Of a stretch of DNA of 32,000 bases, positions 7,257 to 16,000 are shown piece after piece. A program made the position numbers and the translations under genes. The number at the start of each line of letters is the position of its first letter. The stretch's first letter is position 1. Below the pieces are notes generated by a model. The model ran no database searches. It was not told the DNA's origin and saw only the letters and a list, made by a program, of their open reading frames with translations. The stretch is from Candidatus Saccharimonadota bacterium (lineage in GTDB: Bacteria > Patescibacteriota > Gracilibacteria > UBA1369 > 2-02-FULL-48-14). The DNA lies in NCBI GenBank assembly GCA_965230905.1, contig OZ246396.1:1020001-1052000 (forward strand), read 5' to 3'.

Positions 7257-7661
7257 TTAGGAGTTTTTAGAAAGCTTGGCATCGGTTTCAAAATCGTTCC
7301 CCTTTCCGGTGCGGCCGTAGTCGTCGGAGAGTTTTACCACGTCGTCGAGGTCGTCGGTGGAGACTTCTAGGATTTCTGCGTCTTCCAAAGCTTCGGCGCG
7401 GTGCACCATGCCGGGGTAGACGTCCAGTTTGTCGCCGGGGTTAAGGATGATTTCTTCAAGCGCATCTGCCGATTCGCCGAGGTAAAATTTAACCTGGCCT
7501 TTGAGGAGGTATTGGGTTTCTTTTTTGCGTTCGTGGTACTGCAAAGAGTAGCGGTGACCCTTAGTGATGCACAGGATTTTGCCCACGTATTCAGGCTGGT
7601 TGGCGAACCAGATTTCCTTGCCCCAGGGTTTGAGGACGGTTTTAATTTCCGTTTGATTCAT
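7257..7661 (-). CDS. cupin-domain protein, type II phosphomannose-isomerase-like (stand-alone ManC C-terminal domain)
   Basis: 134 aa. KPWGKEIWFANQPEYVGKILCITKGHRYSLQYHERKKETQYLLKG....GDKLDVYPGMVHRAEAL matches the cupin motifs of type II PMI domains (G-x5-H-x-H ... H). Confidence 0.8.
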   Translation of the reverse strand: MNQTEIKTVLKPWGKEIWFANQPEYVGKILCITKGHRYSLQYHERKKETQYLLKGQVKFYLGESADALEEIILNPGDKLDVYPGMVHRAEALEDAEILEVSTDDLDDVVKLSDDYGRTGKGNDFETDAKLSKNS

Positions 7662-7684
7662 AATATTGTTGTGGCTTCGCCACG

Positions 7685-8743
7685 TTATTGCCTAGCAAAC
7701 CCTTCGGGTCCGCCTGGAAGTTTGCTTAAGAGAGTTTTAAGATCGGAACTTTTGTCTTTGGGACAGATGAGGGTGTAGCCGTCGGAGCTCACCACCACCA
7801 TATTCTTGAGGCCAAAGGCGGCAATGCGAGTAGTGCCTTCATTGTAAACCAGGCTTCCTTCGCAATCCACTGCGGTGGCGTCGCCTTTAACGATGTTTGA
7901 ACGAGGGGTTTCGGCGAGTTCTTCGTGCAGGGAGGCAAAGGTGCCAATATCGCTCCAGCCTAGGTCGGCGGGGATGATGCGCACGCGAGCGGGGTCGACT
8001 TTTTCCATGATTCCGTAGTCGACGGAAATTTTATCACAGAGGGGGTAGCACGTTTCAAGGGAGTCGCCGGACTGGATTTTTTTGAGTTGTTCGTAGGTTT
8101 GAGGAAGGTGCTTTTCGAATTCATCTAAAATCGTGCTGACTTTCCACACATAGTAACCCGTGTTCCAGAGATAGCTATAAGACGAAAGGAAACGTTTGGC
8201 GGTTTCGTAATCGGGTTTTTCTTTGAAGGCTTTGAATTCATAAACTTCGATGCCGTCGCGTTCGCTGAGCATGCGGCCGATTTTTACATAACCCAGGTTC
8301 ACGTTGGGGTACTTGGCTTTTACTTCAATAATATTGAGGGTGTTTTCCTCCTGGGCCAGGCGTTCTGCTGCATACAATTTTTGTTCAAACTCGGCGGCGT
8401 CTTGGACAAGGTGGTCTGCGTAAACCACGGCCATCACGGCGTTGGGGTCTTTTTTAGCGATGAGCGCAGCCGCGAGACCAATGCAGGGTCCGGTGTCTTG
8501 CATGCTGGGTTCGAGGATGAGGTTTTCTTCCGGTACTTGAGGGAGTTGCTGGCGAACCAGGTCTTTGTACTGGGCATTGGTGCTCACGTAGATGTCTTCC
8601 GGTTTCACAAAAGAAACGCGATCGTAGGTCTCCTGGAGCATGGTTCGGCTGGAAACCAGTTTTTGAAACTGCTTGGGTTTTTCGGCGTGGCTCATGGGCC
8701 AGAGGCGCGTGCCCACTCCACCGGCTAAGATCACAATTTTCAT
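7685..8743 (-). CDS. manC: mannose-1-phosphate guanylyltransferase (nucleotidyltransferase domain only)
   Basis: 352 aa. The N-terminal MKIVILAGGVGTRLWPMSHAEKPKQFQKL is the NTP-transferase G-loop typical of ManC/CpsB. Its start overlaps the pilD stop (ATGA). Confidence 0.85.
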   Translation of the reverse strand: MKIVILAGGVGTRLWPMSHAEKPKQFQKLVSSRTMLQETYDRVSFVKPEDIYVSTNAQYKDLVRQQLPQVPEENLILEPSMQDTGPCIGLAAALIAKKDPNAVMAVVYADHLVQDAAEFEQKLYAAERLAQEENTLNIIEVKAKYPNVNLGYVKIGRMLSERDGIEVYEFKAFKEKPDYETAKRFLSSYSYLWNTGYYVWKVSTILDEFEKHLPQTYEQLKKIQSGDSLETCYPLCDKISVDYGIMEKVDPARVRIIPADLGWSDIGTFASLHEELAETPRSNIVKGDATAVDCEGSLVYNEGTTRIAAFGLKNMVVVSSDGYTLICPKDKSSDLKTLLSKLPGGPEGFARQ

Positions 8744-9492
8744 AAGAGGCTTAAATAAAGGTCCAGAATAGGGTCTCCGAAGAAGAAGGCTAACACGGTT
8801 CCGAGCACAAGGAAAGGACCCAGGGGAATGGCCGTTTTACCTGTCGCCGCTTTGGTGGCCAGCAAATACACGCTCACGATGCTGCCAATGATGTAGCTCA
8901 TCATGATGGCGAGCAGGGTCATGGGCCAGGCGAGCAGAAAGCCCATGAAGGCACCGATGCGCAGATCGCCGCTACCGATCCATTTTCCACGGGAGAGCAG
9001 ATATTGAAGTGCAAAAAAGGTCGTGCCCACGGCCGCGCCCAGGAGTCCGCTCTGCACGTCTCCAATCCAAATATTTGCAAAAAAAGCGTAGGCAATGGCG
9101 GGCAGCAGGATGAGGTCGTGGATTTCTTGGTAGCGCAGGTCGTAAAAGAAAATGAAGAGGAGCACAAAGAAATGCGGAGCGAGCCAGGCAAAGAGTTCCC
9201 AGTTTTGCACTTGCAGGTAGAGTGCGGCAAAGAGCAGGGCGCTCACCAGTTCGGTGACGGGGTACCAAAAAGAAATTCGATCTTTGCAGGCGTGGCATTT
9301 GCCGCGCAGCCACAAATAGCTGAGCAGTGGAATCAGGTCGCGGGCGCGCAAGGTTTTTTTGCAGTTGGCACAGTGGGAGCGTCCGGCAAAAATTCCTTTT
9401 TCGCCAAAGTGTAGGCGGGGCAGTAGCATGCTGAGAAAACTCCCCACCAGGAGTCCGCCTATAAAACACAGAAGCGTGTTCCAAAGGGTCAT
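8740..9492 (-). CDS. pilD: type IV prepilin peptidase (A24 family)
   Basis: 250 aa and polytopic. Cytoplasmic Cys pairs CANCKKTL...CHACKDRISFWYPVTE match the N-terminal domain. The downstream GSGDLRIGAFMG matches the second catalytic-Asp motif of A24 peptidases. Confidence 0.85.
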   Translation of the reverse strand: MTLWNTLLCFIGGLLVGSFLSMLLPRLHFGEKGIFAGRSHCANCKKTLRARDLIPLLSYLWLRGKCHACKDRISFWYPVTELVSALLFAALYLQVQNWELFAWLAPHFFVLLFIFFYDLRYQEIHDLILLPAIAYAFFANIWIGDVQSGLLGAAVGTTFFALQYLLSRGKWIGSGDLRIGAFMGFLLAWPMTLLAIMMSYIIGSIVSVYLLATKAATGKTAIPLGPFLVLGTVLAFFFGDPILDLYLSLL

Positions 9493-10895
9493 GGAGCTTG
9501 GCCCGTTAGGATTAAAGCGTTGTACTGTTCGGCAGCTTTTACGCTGAGTTCATTGCCGGGTTTGGAGAGTTCGTAGGCTTTTTTGAATTCCCATTTGGCG
9601 CCTTCGGGGTTTGCTTGGGCGAGGCGAATTTGGCCGGCGATGTAGTGAGCTTCAGCCAGGTCAGGGTCGATGTCGAAGGCGATTTCAATGCTGCTGGCGG
9701 CTTTTTCAAGCTCGCCCCGTTTTAGGTAAATTTCTGCTAAGTAAGTGTGGCTTTGGGCTTCCTCCGGAAAATACGAGGTGCTTTCTTCCGCCAGGGTCAG
9801 GGCGCGGTCCAGGTCGCTGAGTAGATCCGTGGCTATGTGCAGGGGCTCCGCAAATAGAGTGAGGCTTTGCTTGTCGATTTTTATAAGGTATTCGTAGGCG
9901 GCCAGTGCGTCTTCAAAATTCCCGAGTTTGGCTTGGCTTTCGGCGAGTTTTAAATAGGCTTCGTTTTCTGGAGTGAAATCGTAGAGCAGGGCGAGTTCAA
10001 AAGAGTCCACGGCTTCGGCGTATTCTGCTTGCTCGTAGTGCGCTACGCCCAGGAAGTAGTGGGTCTCTGGCTTCACGGCGTCCAATTTTTTAGCTTGCTT
10101 GAAGGCATCCTCCGCTTCGGTGAATTTTTCTAGTTGCAGTTGCGAGTAGCCCAGCAGCACCCACACATCGCGGTAGTCATTTTTTGTGTTGAGTACTTTG
10201 AGGGAGAGCTCTTCCGCTAAAGGATATTCTTCTGCGTCGATCAGGGCTTTGGTGAGCAGGGCTTGCAGATAAATGGTCTGGCCACCTTGTTGAGCCTTGT
10301 AGTTTTGAAAAGCACTTTGGAAATTTTGAAGGTAGGTGGTGGGAACGCTGCCACTGAGGGAGATGGCTTTTTCTAGCTTGGCTTGGGCTTCGTCGGTCTT
10401 GCCTTGGTAGGCCAGCAGCAGGGATTGATAGAAGGCAGTGGCTTGGTGTTCGCCGTTTCCTCCGTTCAAAAGCGTTTCTGCTTCATCGAACTTTTTATTG
10501 CGAAGCAGGGCGATGGCGTAGTTCACGCGGGCGTCGTCGTTGGGGTTGAGTTCATAGGCGCGTTTGAGGCTGGCCAGCGCTTCTGTGTAGGAACCCAGTT
10601 TCAAATAACTTTTCCCGAGTTTGGTGTAGGCACTTTCCACGTTTTCTTCAAGGGTCACGGCGATGGAGTATTCGCTGGCGGCGAGGCTGTAGTAACCCGC
10701 TTCGAAAAGTTGGTCACCTTTGGTGATGCGAGTTTCGTAAGTCAGGGAGAGCTCGGAATCGTCTTCTGTTAGGGTTTCGCTCAAAAGATTCGCGCTCATG
10801 AACTGGCGCGCCACCCCGAAGGAAAGCAGAACAACCGTGATTAAAAGGGCGGCTGAAAGAGAAATGATACCAATTTGAACGGCGGGCGTTTTCAT
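9489..10895 (-). CDS. membrane-anchored tetratricopeptide (TPR) repeat protein
   Basis: 468 aa. N-terminal TM (VQIGIISLSAALLITVVLLSFGV) followed by about 10 or more 34-aa TPR-like units (A..Y..A......A...LG..Y...G.Y.EA). Its TGA stop overlaps the pilD start (ATGA). Confidence 0.8.
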   Translation of the reverse strand: MKTPAVQIGIISLSAALLITVVLLSFGVARQFMSANLLSETLTEDDSELSLTYETRITKGDQLFEAGYYSLAASEYSIAVTLEENVESAYTKLGKSYLKLGSYTEALASLKRAYELNPNDDARVNYAIALLRNKKFDEAETLLNGGNGEHQATAFYQSLLLAYQGKTDEAQAKLEKAISLSGSVPTTYLQNFQSAFQNYKAQQGGQTIYLQALLTKALIDAEEYPLAEELSLKVLNTKNDYRDVWVLLGYSQLQLEKFTEAEDAFKQAKKLDAVKPETHYFLGVAHYEQAEYAEAVDSFELALLYDFTPENEAYLKLAESQAKLGNFEDALAAYEYLIKIDKQSLTLFAEPLHIATDLLSDLDRALTLAEESTSYFPEEAQSHTYLAEIYLKRGELEKAASSIEIAFDIDPDLAEAHYIAGQIRLAQANPEGAKWEFKKAYELSKPGNELSVKAAEQYNALILTGQAP

Positions 10896-10900
10896 TGGAC

Positions 10901-11371
10901 CTATCTTAATGTAGCGGCCAGGGTCAGGGCAAGGCTCACTGCGTCGGCTGCGTCGTCAGGTTTGGGTACATCGGTGAGCTTGAGTTCCAGCTTCACCATT
11001 TTTTGAATGGCTTTTTTGTCGGCGCGGCCATCCCCGGTGAGCGCGCGCTTCATGGCGCTGGGCGAGTATTCATGCACTTCCACGCCGTGTTCATACAGGG
11101 CCATGATAATGACGCCGCGCGCGTGAGACACTTGAATTCCGCTCGTCACATTCTTTGAGAAAAAAAGTTGTTCAATGGAGCAGAATTTTGGCTTGTACTC
11201 ATTTAAAAGCTCATTAATATCTGTGTACAATTCTTTGAGGCGCTGCCCCAGGTCGGTTTTGGCAGGAGTGCGAATAACTCCCACGGTGACCAGGCGTTTT
11301 TGGTGCCCTTCCACATCTAAAACCGCAAAACCAGTGGTGGCGAGTCCGGGGTCGATGCCAAGAATGCGCAT
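10901..11371 (-). CDS. ruvC: crossover junction endodeoxyribonuclease RuvC
   Basis: 156 aa. MRILGIDPGLATTGFAVLD (catalytic Asp), SIEQLFF (catalytic Glu), and the C-terminal DAADAVSLAL motif. Confidence 0.9.
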   Translation of the reverse strand: MRILGIDPGLATTGFAVLDVEGHQKRLVTVGVIRTPAKTDLGQRLKELYTDINELLNEYKPKFCSIEQLFFSKNVTSGIQVSHARGVIIMALYEHGVEVHEYSPSAMKRALTGDGRADKKAIQKMVKLELKLTDVPKPDDAADAVSLALTLAATLR

Positions 11372-11390
11372 GGGACGAGTCTAGTATTTT

Positions 11391-11406
11391 TTGTGCCCGG
11401 GCACAA
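11391..11406. repeat. intergenic perfect palindrome TTGTGCCCGGGCACAA (CCCGGG core)
   Basis: 16-nt perfect inverted repeat between the small ORF stop (11419) and the ruvC start (11371). The adjacent homopolymer run (T6 on the plus strand) sits on the wrong side for a terminator on either strand. Confidence 0.6.
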
Positions 11407-11418
11407 CTTCCAGACAAT

Positions 11419-11607
11419 TTACTGTCGGCTTCGATCCATTCTCAGTATGCCTTCTCCTGTAGCTGCCAAAATTTCATCTACAACGCCACTGGCAGAAGTG
11501 TGGGGCTCTTGTATACGGACTTCCGACGTAGAAAGCTTAAGGTCGTGAGTAGCTCTCACTATAGGATCGTCCGATCTATTCATGTCTTGGTCTGGGTTGT
11601 ATGTCAT
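11419..11607 (-). CDS. hypothetical small acidic protein (62 aa from ATG 11607; the ORF track extends to TTG 11640)
   Basis: The track start is TTG within TTGTATAAT, which looks more like a -10 box (TATAAT at 11632-11637, minus strand) than like coding sequence. The first ATG gives MTYNPDQDMNRSDDP.... AT-richer than its neighbours. No domain recognised. Confidence 0.3.
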   Translation of the reverse strand: MTYNPDQDMNRSDDPIVRATHDLKLSTSEVRIQEPHTSASGVVDEILAATGEGILRMDRSRQ

Positions 11608-11664
11608 AAAACATCTAAAGATTAAGTTTAGATTATACAAGCTTTTTTATTGAAGTACAGTTTT

Positions 11665-13059
11665 TTAAATCGTCATCATCACAAGAGCACGTTTTTCGTC
11701 GGAGAGTTTGATGGAGACGATTTGTTGGCCCTTCTTGATGGCCTTTTGTTTTTTGAGTTCGGCGATGATTTCGTCGGTGCGGAAAGGGCCGGTGTGGTGG
11801 TACACATGGTGCACGCCCCACAAAAAGTGGAGTTGGCGCGCGAGGTGTTCGGAGTTTGTGACTACGAGTACGGGATTTTTTGGTCGGTGTTTGAGTACGC
11901 AGCGCGCGGTATAGCCGTGTTTGGTGAGCACCACAATGGCGGCTGCATCTATTTTGTCGGCCATCACGCAGGCATTGAGCGCCACGGTTTCATCTTCAAA
12001 CTGAGCGGGATTGATGGAAGCGGGCACGGGGAAGAGTTCGACGTTTTCAAAAATGGCTTTTTCCGTGAGTTCGGCCACGCGGGCTAGGGTTTGAACGGCC
12101 TTGTTTGGGTATTTGCCCACGGCGGTTTCGTTGGAGAGCATGAAGGCGTCGGCGTGGTCGAAAATAGCGGTGGCGGCATCGCTGACTTCGGCGCGGGTGG
12201 CGATGGGATTTTCCACCATGGATTGCAAAATTTGGGTAGCGATGATCACGGGTTTTCCTTCCTGGCGGCAGAGTGCGAGTATGCGTTTTTGTTCCACTGG
12301 CACGCGTTCTGCTTCAATCTCAATGCCCAGGTCGCCACGGGCCACCATAATACCGTCCGCACTTTGAATGATTTCGTTTATGTTTAGGAGGGCTTTGGGA
12401 CGTTCCACTTTTGCGATGAGCATCAGAGGGCGCTTGGTGTGAGCTTGAACCGCTTTGCGTACGCGTTCAATGTCTTCCGCAGTTTCCACAAAGGAAATCG
12501 CCACGGCGTCCACGCCCAGGGTTTTTACTCCAAAGGCGAGGTCGGCTTTATCTTTTGCATTGAGGGCTTCTGTGGAGGGAAGTTTGGAATCAGGGATGTT
12601 CACCCCTTTGTGCGATTTTAGCACGCCGCCTACGATTATTTTGGCTTTCACAAGCGCTCCCTTGATGGATACAATTTTTGTTCGTATTAGTCCGTCTTCA
12701 ATCAAAAGCGCGTGGCCGGGTCGGACCACTTTGGGTAGGGCGGCGTAGGGAAGAGGGATGCTGCCATTTTCTCCTTTCATAGAGAAGGTCACCGTTTCGC
12801 CTTTTTTAACAAGCAGGCCGGCGTCGGGGAGTTTGCCGAGGCGGATTTTTGGGCCCTGCAAATCTTGCATCAAAACAATGCATTTGCCAGTTTCTTTTTC
12901 TACGGCGCGCACGTTCTTCACGATCTTTTTGAATTGTTCATAGGTGCCATGCGAAAAGTTGAGACGAGCAATGTTCATGCCCGCCTCAACTAAAGCTTTA
13001 ATTTCGGATTTTTCTTCCGTTGCAGGCCCGAGGGTCGCAACGATTTTGGTGTGGCGCAT
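11665..13059 (-). CDS. pyk: pyruvate kinase
   Basis: 464 aa. MRHTKIVATLGPAT, MNIARLNFSHG, MVARGDLGIEI and MLSNETAVGKYP are canonical pyruvate kinase motifs. The start overlaps the upstream stop (TAATG). Confidence 0.92.
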   Translation of the reverse strand: MRHTKIVATLGPATEEKSEIKALVEAGMNIARLNFSHGTYEQFKKIVKNVRAVEKETGKCIVLMQDLQGPKIRLGKLPDAGLLVKKGETVTFSMKGENGSIPLPYAALPKVVRPGHALLIEDGLIRTKIVSIKGALVKAKIIVGGVLKSHKGVNIPDSKLPSTEALNAKDKADLAFGVKTLGVDAVAISFVETAEDIERVRKAVQAHTKRPLMLIAKVERPKALLNINEIIQSADGIMVARGDLGIEIEAERVPVEQKRILALCRQEGKPVIIATQILQSMVENPIATRAEVSDAATAIFDHADAFMLSNETAVGKYPNKAVQTLARVAELTEKAIFENVELFPVPASINPAQFEDETVALNACVMADKIDAAAIVVLTKHGYTARCVLKHRPKNPVLVVTNSEHLARQLHFLWGVHHVYHHTGPFRTDEIIAELKKQKAIKKGQQIVSIKLSDEKRALVMMTI

Positions 13060-16000
13060 TACGCTTCTAGTTTACGGTTTCGGTAGAAGAGTGCAAGGGC
13101 GGTTAAGCTGGCGAGTACCGCGATGCTTCCCAGTGCAATGGTCCAAGGTGAGGCTCCGGTTTCTCCGCTTGCGAAGGCGGTGTTGGTCACTTCAAAGGAA
13201 ATTTGTGTGGGGGTGCTGGTGGCGCCCGTTTTGAGGTCTTGAGCGTACCAAGTCACCGTGTGATCTCCGAGTTCCAGGTTTTCTACGGGACGAGCGTTTA
13301 GGGTTTGGTCAGAAGCGTCTGCGATCAAGGTTTGGCTGAAAATAGTACTTTTCCATGCAATCACGATCATGTAATCGCTGGCTGCTTTGAGTGAGAGGGT
13401 AGGAAGACGTTCGGTTATTGCGGATTGGTTTTGAAGGCCGAGTCCATCGAACAATGGTTTTTTAACGGTGGACATTGCCGTGAGACTGATGGGGCGTGAA
13501 AGGTCTGTGAGTTCCTCTAAACTATCTCCAGTGGTCAGCACTAAAATGTGTTTTCCCGCCTTCAATTCAGACGTGGTCAACAAGATGTAGCGGCCGTTTT
13601 CATCTGACTTGGTTTCTCCGAGTAAGGTCAAGCTGCCATCGCTGTTCACTTCATGAGCTTGCACGGTAGTTTCTTCAGCGGCGTGTCCCATGAAGAGTTG
13701 CTCTCCTTCTTCAACGATTGCGCCATCATTCATATTCACAATGCTCACTCTGCCAGCGGCTATACTTGATGTGCTTACCTTAGGATTGGTTCCGTAGTGA
13801 AGCACTTCATCTCCATCGGTGAGGCCGTCTGCATCGCTATCATTATCTTGAGGGTCGGTTCCGTTGTAGAATTCAGAAAGGTCGGAAAGGCCGTCTTCAT
13901 CGGAGTCCAAAGTTCCCAAAGGTTCAGTGATTTGTTCTGATTCAATGTAGCTGATCAACTCCTGTGAACTGACGTAAGGTTGATTGTAAACCAAGGGTTC
14001 CTCATCTTCAGCATCGGCGGTTCCGTCATGATCGCTGTCGTAGCTTTCTGGATCCGTTTCTCCAATGAAGAGTTCTTCAGCATCGGTGAGGCCGTCGTCA
14101 TCGGAATCTGCTGAGTTGATGTTTCCTCCGTATAAAATTTCTTCCCAGTCGTAGGCTCCGTCTTTATCGCTGTCGCGAGTTGCTGGAATGGATTTACCAC
14201 CTGCTCGTAGGTCAATCAGAAGCTGGGGAACGCCTTGTGCATTGCTTTCTCCAAAAGCTGCGTTGGTTAAAGCGGCGGTCTCGTAGGTTTCTTCACTAAT
14301 GACAGTGGAGATTAAGGTCTCACGAACCGATACTTCCTGAATGGGGTCGATGAATTGATAAATTCCGCTGTAGAAACTGCTTTCCGTTTCACCTGATTCA
14401 CCTGAGTTGTTTGAGTCATTGCTGTCTTCTTCAGACTCAGTTTCAGAGCCCGTGGAGGTCTCTGATTCGGTAGAGGTTTCAGAGCCCGTGGAGGTCTCTG
14501 AGCCGGACTCTTCACCTGATTCTGCTTCGTCCTCTTCTTCTCCAGCCATGCTTTCTTGTTCTTCATCATCATTTCCAACGGTTTCTTCGCTTGAATTATT
14601 TGAGTTAGAGCTGGTGCTGCCTCCGTTGCTGCCTCCGCTGCTTCCCCCTCCTGAGGTATTGGTGACGGTGGCAATGCTAGCTGTGGAGGTGTTTGCTGCA
14701 TTGTCCACAATAGTAATGGAGATGGAGTTGCTTCCGGGTTGAACCGATACGCTCACCGAGAAATTTCCAAGGCCATCTACATTAGCTCCTGAGTCGGTGC
14801 CGTTGACGTAAACGTTTGCACCCACTTCTGTTCCGGAACCAGTAATGGTTACCGTGGAAGTGGAGGTAGAAGGGTAGCTCAAGGCAGGCGCGGTGGGTGT
14901 TATGGTGTCGCGAGTGATGGTGTGACTTGCTGTGGTGGAAATGTTGCTACTGAAATCTACGGATGCAATGGATAGGTTGTTCTCACCTTCACTCAGGGCA
15001 TAATTCGTCACGGTCCAGGTGGTGAGTGCGTCACTTACTACTTGTTCGACGCCACCGATCCACAGGCTGGTGTTGGCTTCTTTTGTACCGGTGAGCGTAG
15101 CGGTAGTGCTTGAGGTGTAGCTACTGTTGGCAGGGCTTGTCACCGTGGGCACCACGGGCGCGGTGCTGTCTGTAACGGTAGAAAAAGTCGCTGAGCTTGC
15201 CGAGGTACTAAAGGTGGAGTTGGTGGCGGTTACGGAAACCACACTGCTGGCCGAAATAGCCATGTGGTTCTCCCAGGTCCCTCCACTAGTGGCGGTGGTA
15301 TTTGCTACATAGACTCCGTTCACAAAAATCTCAACGGTGGCGTTGGCTGCGCTGGTACCTCCTGCATAAGAGGTAGTGGCTGAACTTATGGTAGGAGTGG
15401 CGATGCTTTCGTTTGCTGGATTGGTACGGCTTATATAGGAGCTGGTACCGTCGGTGCTACACGTGTTTTTTCTAATATGGTTGAAGTCACCGGCTGTGGT
15501 TGTCATGTTTATGCAAGACTTTCCAGTTGTAGCCAGTATTGTGTTGGCAGCACCCGTAGCGGTTCCACCAATTACATTTGAATTGGATGTGGAATCTATA
15601 AGGATTCCATGCTCGGTGTTCAGCCTTTGGTTTAGGCCCTCGGTACCAATCAGGTTGTATACAACCACCATGCTGTCGGCTCCATTTATATAAAGTCCGC
15701 TGCCCCCGTTTGAGGCAATGCGATTTCGTCTACCGCTTACGTTTGCCTCGCCTATGATTCCAGAGTCTGCAACGGTTCTAATCCCATGAGCTCCATTGGC
15801 CAGCGCTGTTGAGTCATCCGCTTGGAGCCCAATGGTGTTGTCGTAGATTTGTGCACCGGTTGCTCCTGTGGCGGCGATATGAATTCCATTGCCGGTGTTT
15901 CCGGATATCAGGTTACCTTGATCGGTGCCTCCAATGATCAGGCCTGTAGCCGTTCCTCCGGTAACCACGAGAATACCATCTCCACCGTTGGCGATGGCAG

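Noticed and set aside
7257-8743. Split ManC (guanylyltransferase and PMI cupin as separate genes) as a pseudogene or frameshift
   Set aside because: Both parts have their own ATG and stop, are separated by a 23-nt spacer, and each covers an intact domain. Stand-alone versions of both domains are common, so this is an ordinary arrangement.
8919-9484. 103-aa and 170-aa alternative-frame ORFs inside pilD, plus the 136-aa antisense ORF at 9004-9414
   Set aside because: All are nested in the prepilin peptidase gene, whose frame has clear family motifs. The alternative translations are Arg/Pro/Cys-rich with no motifs.
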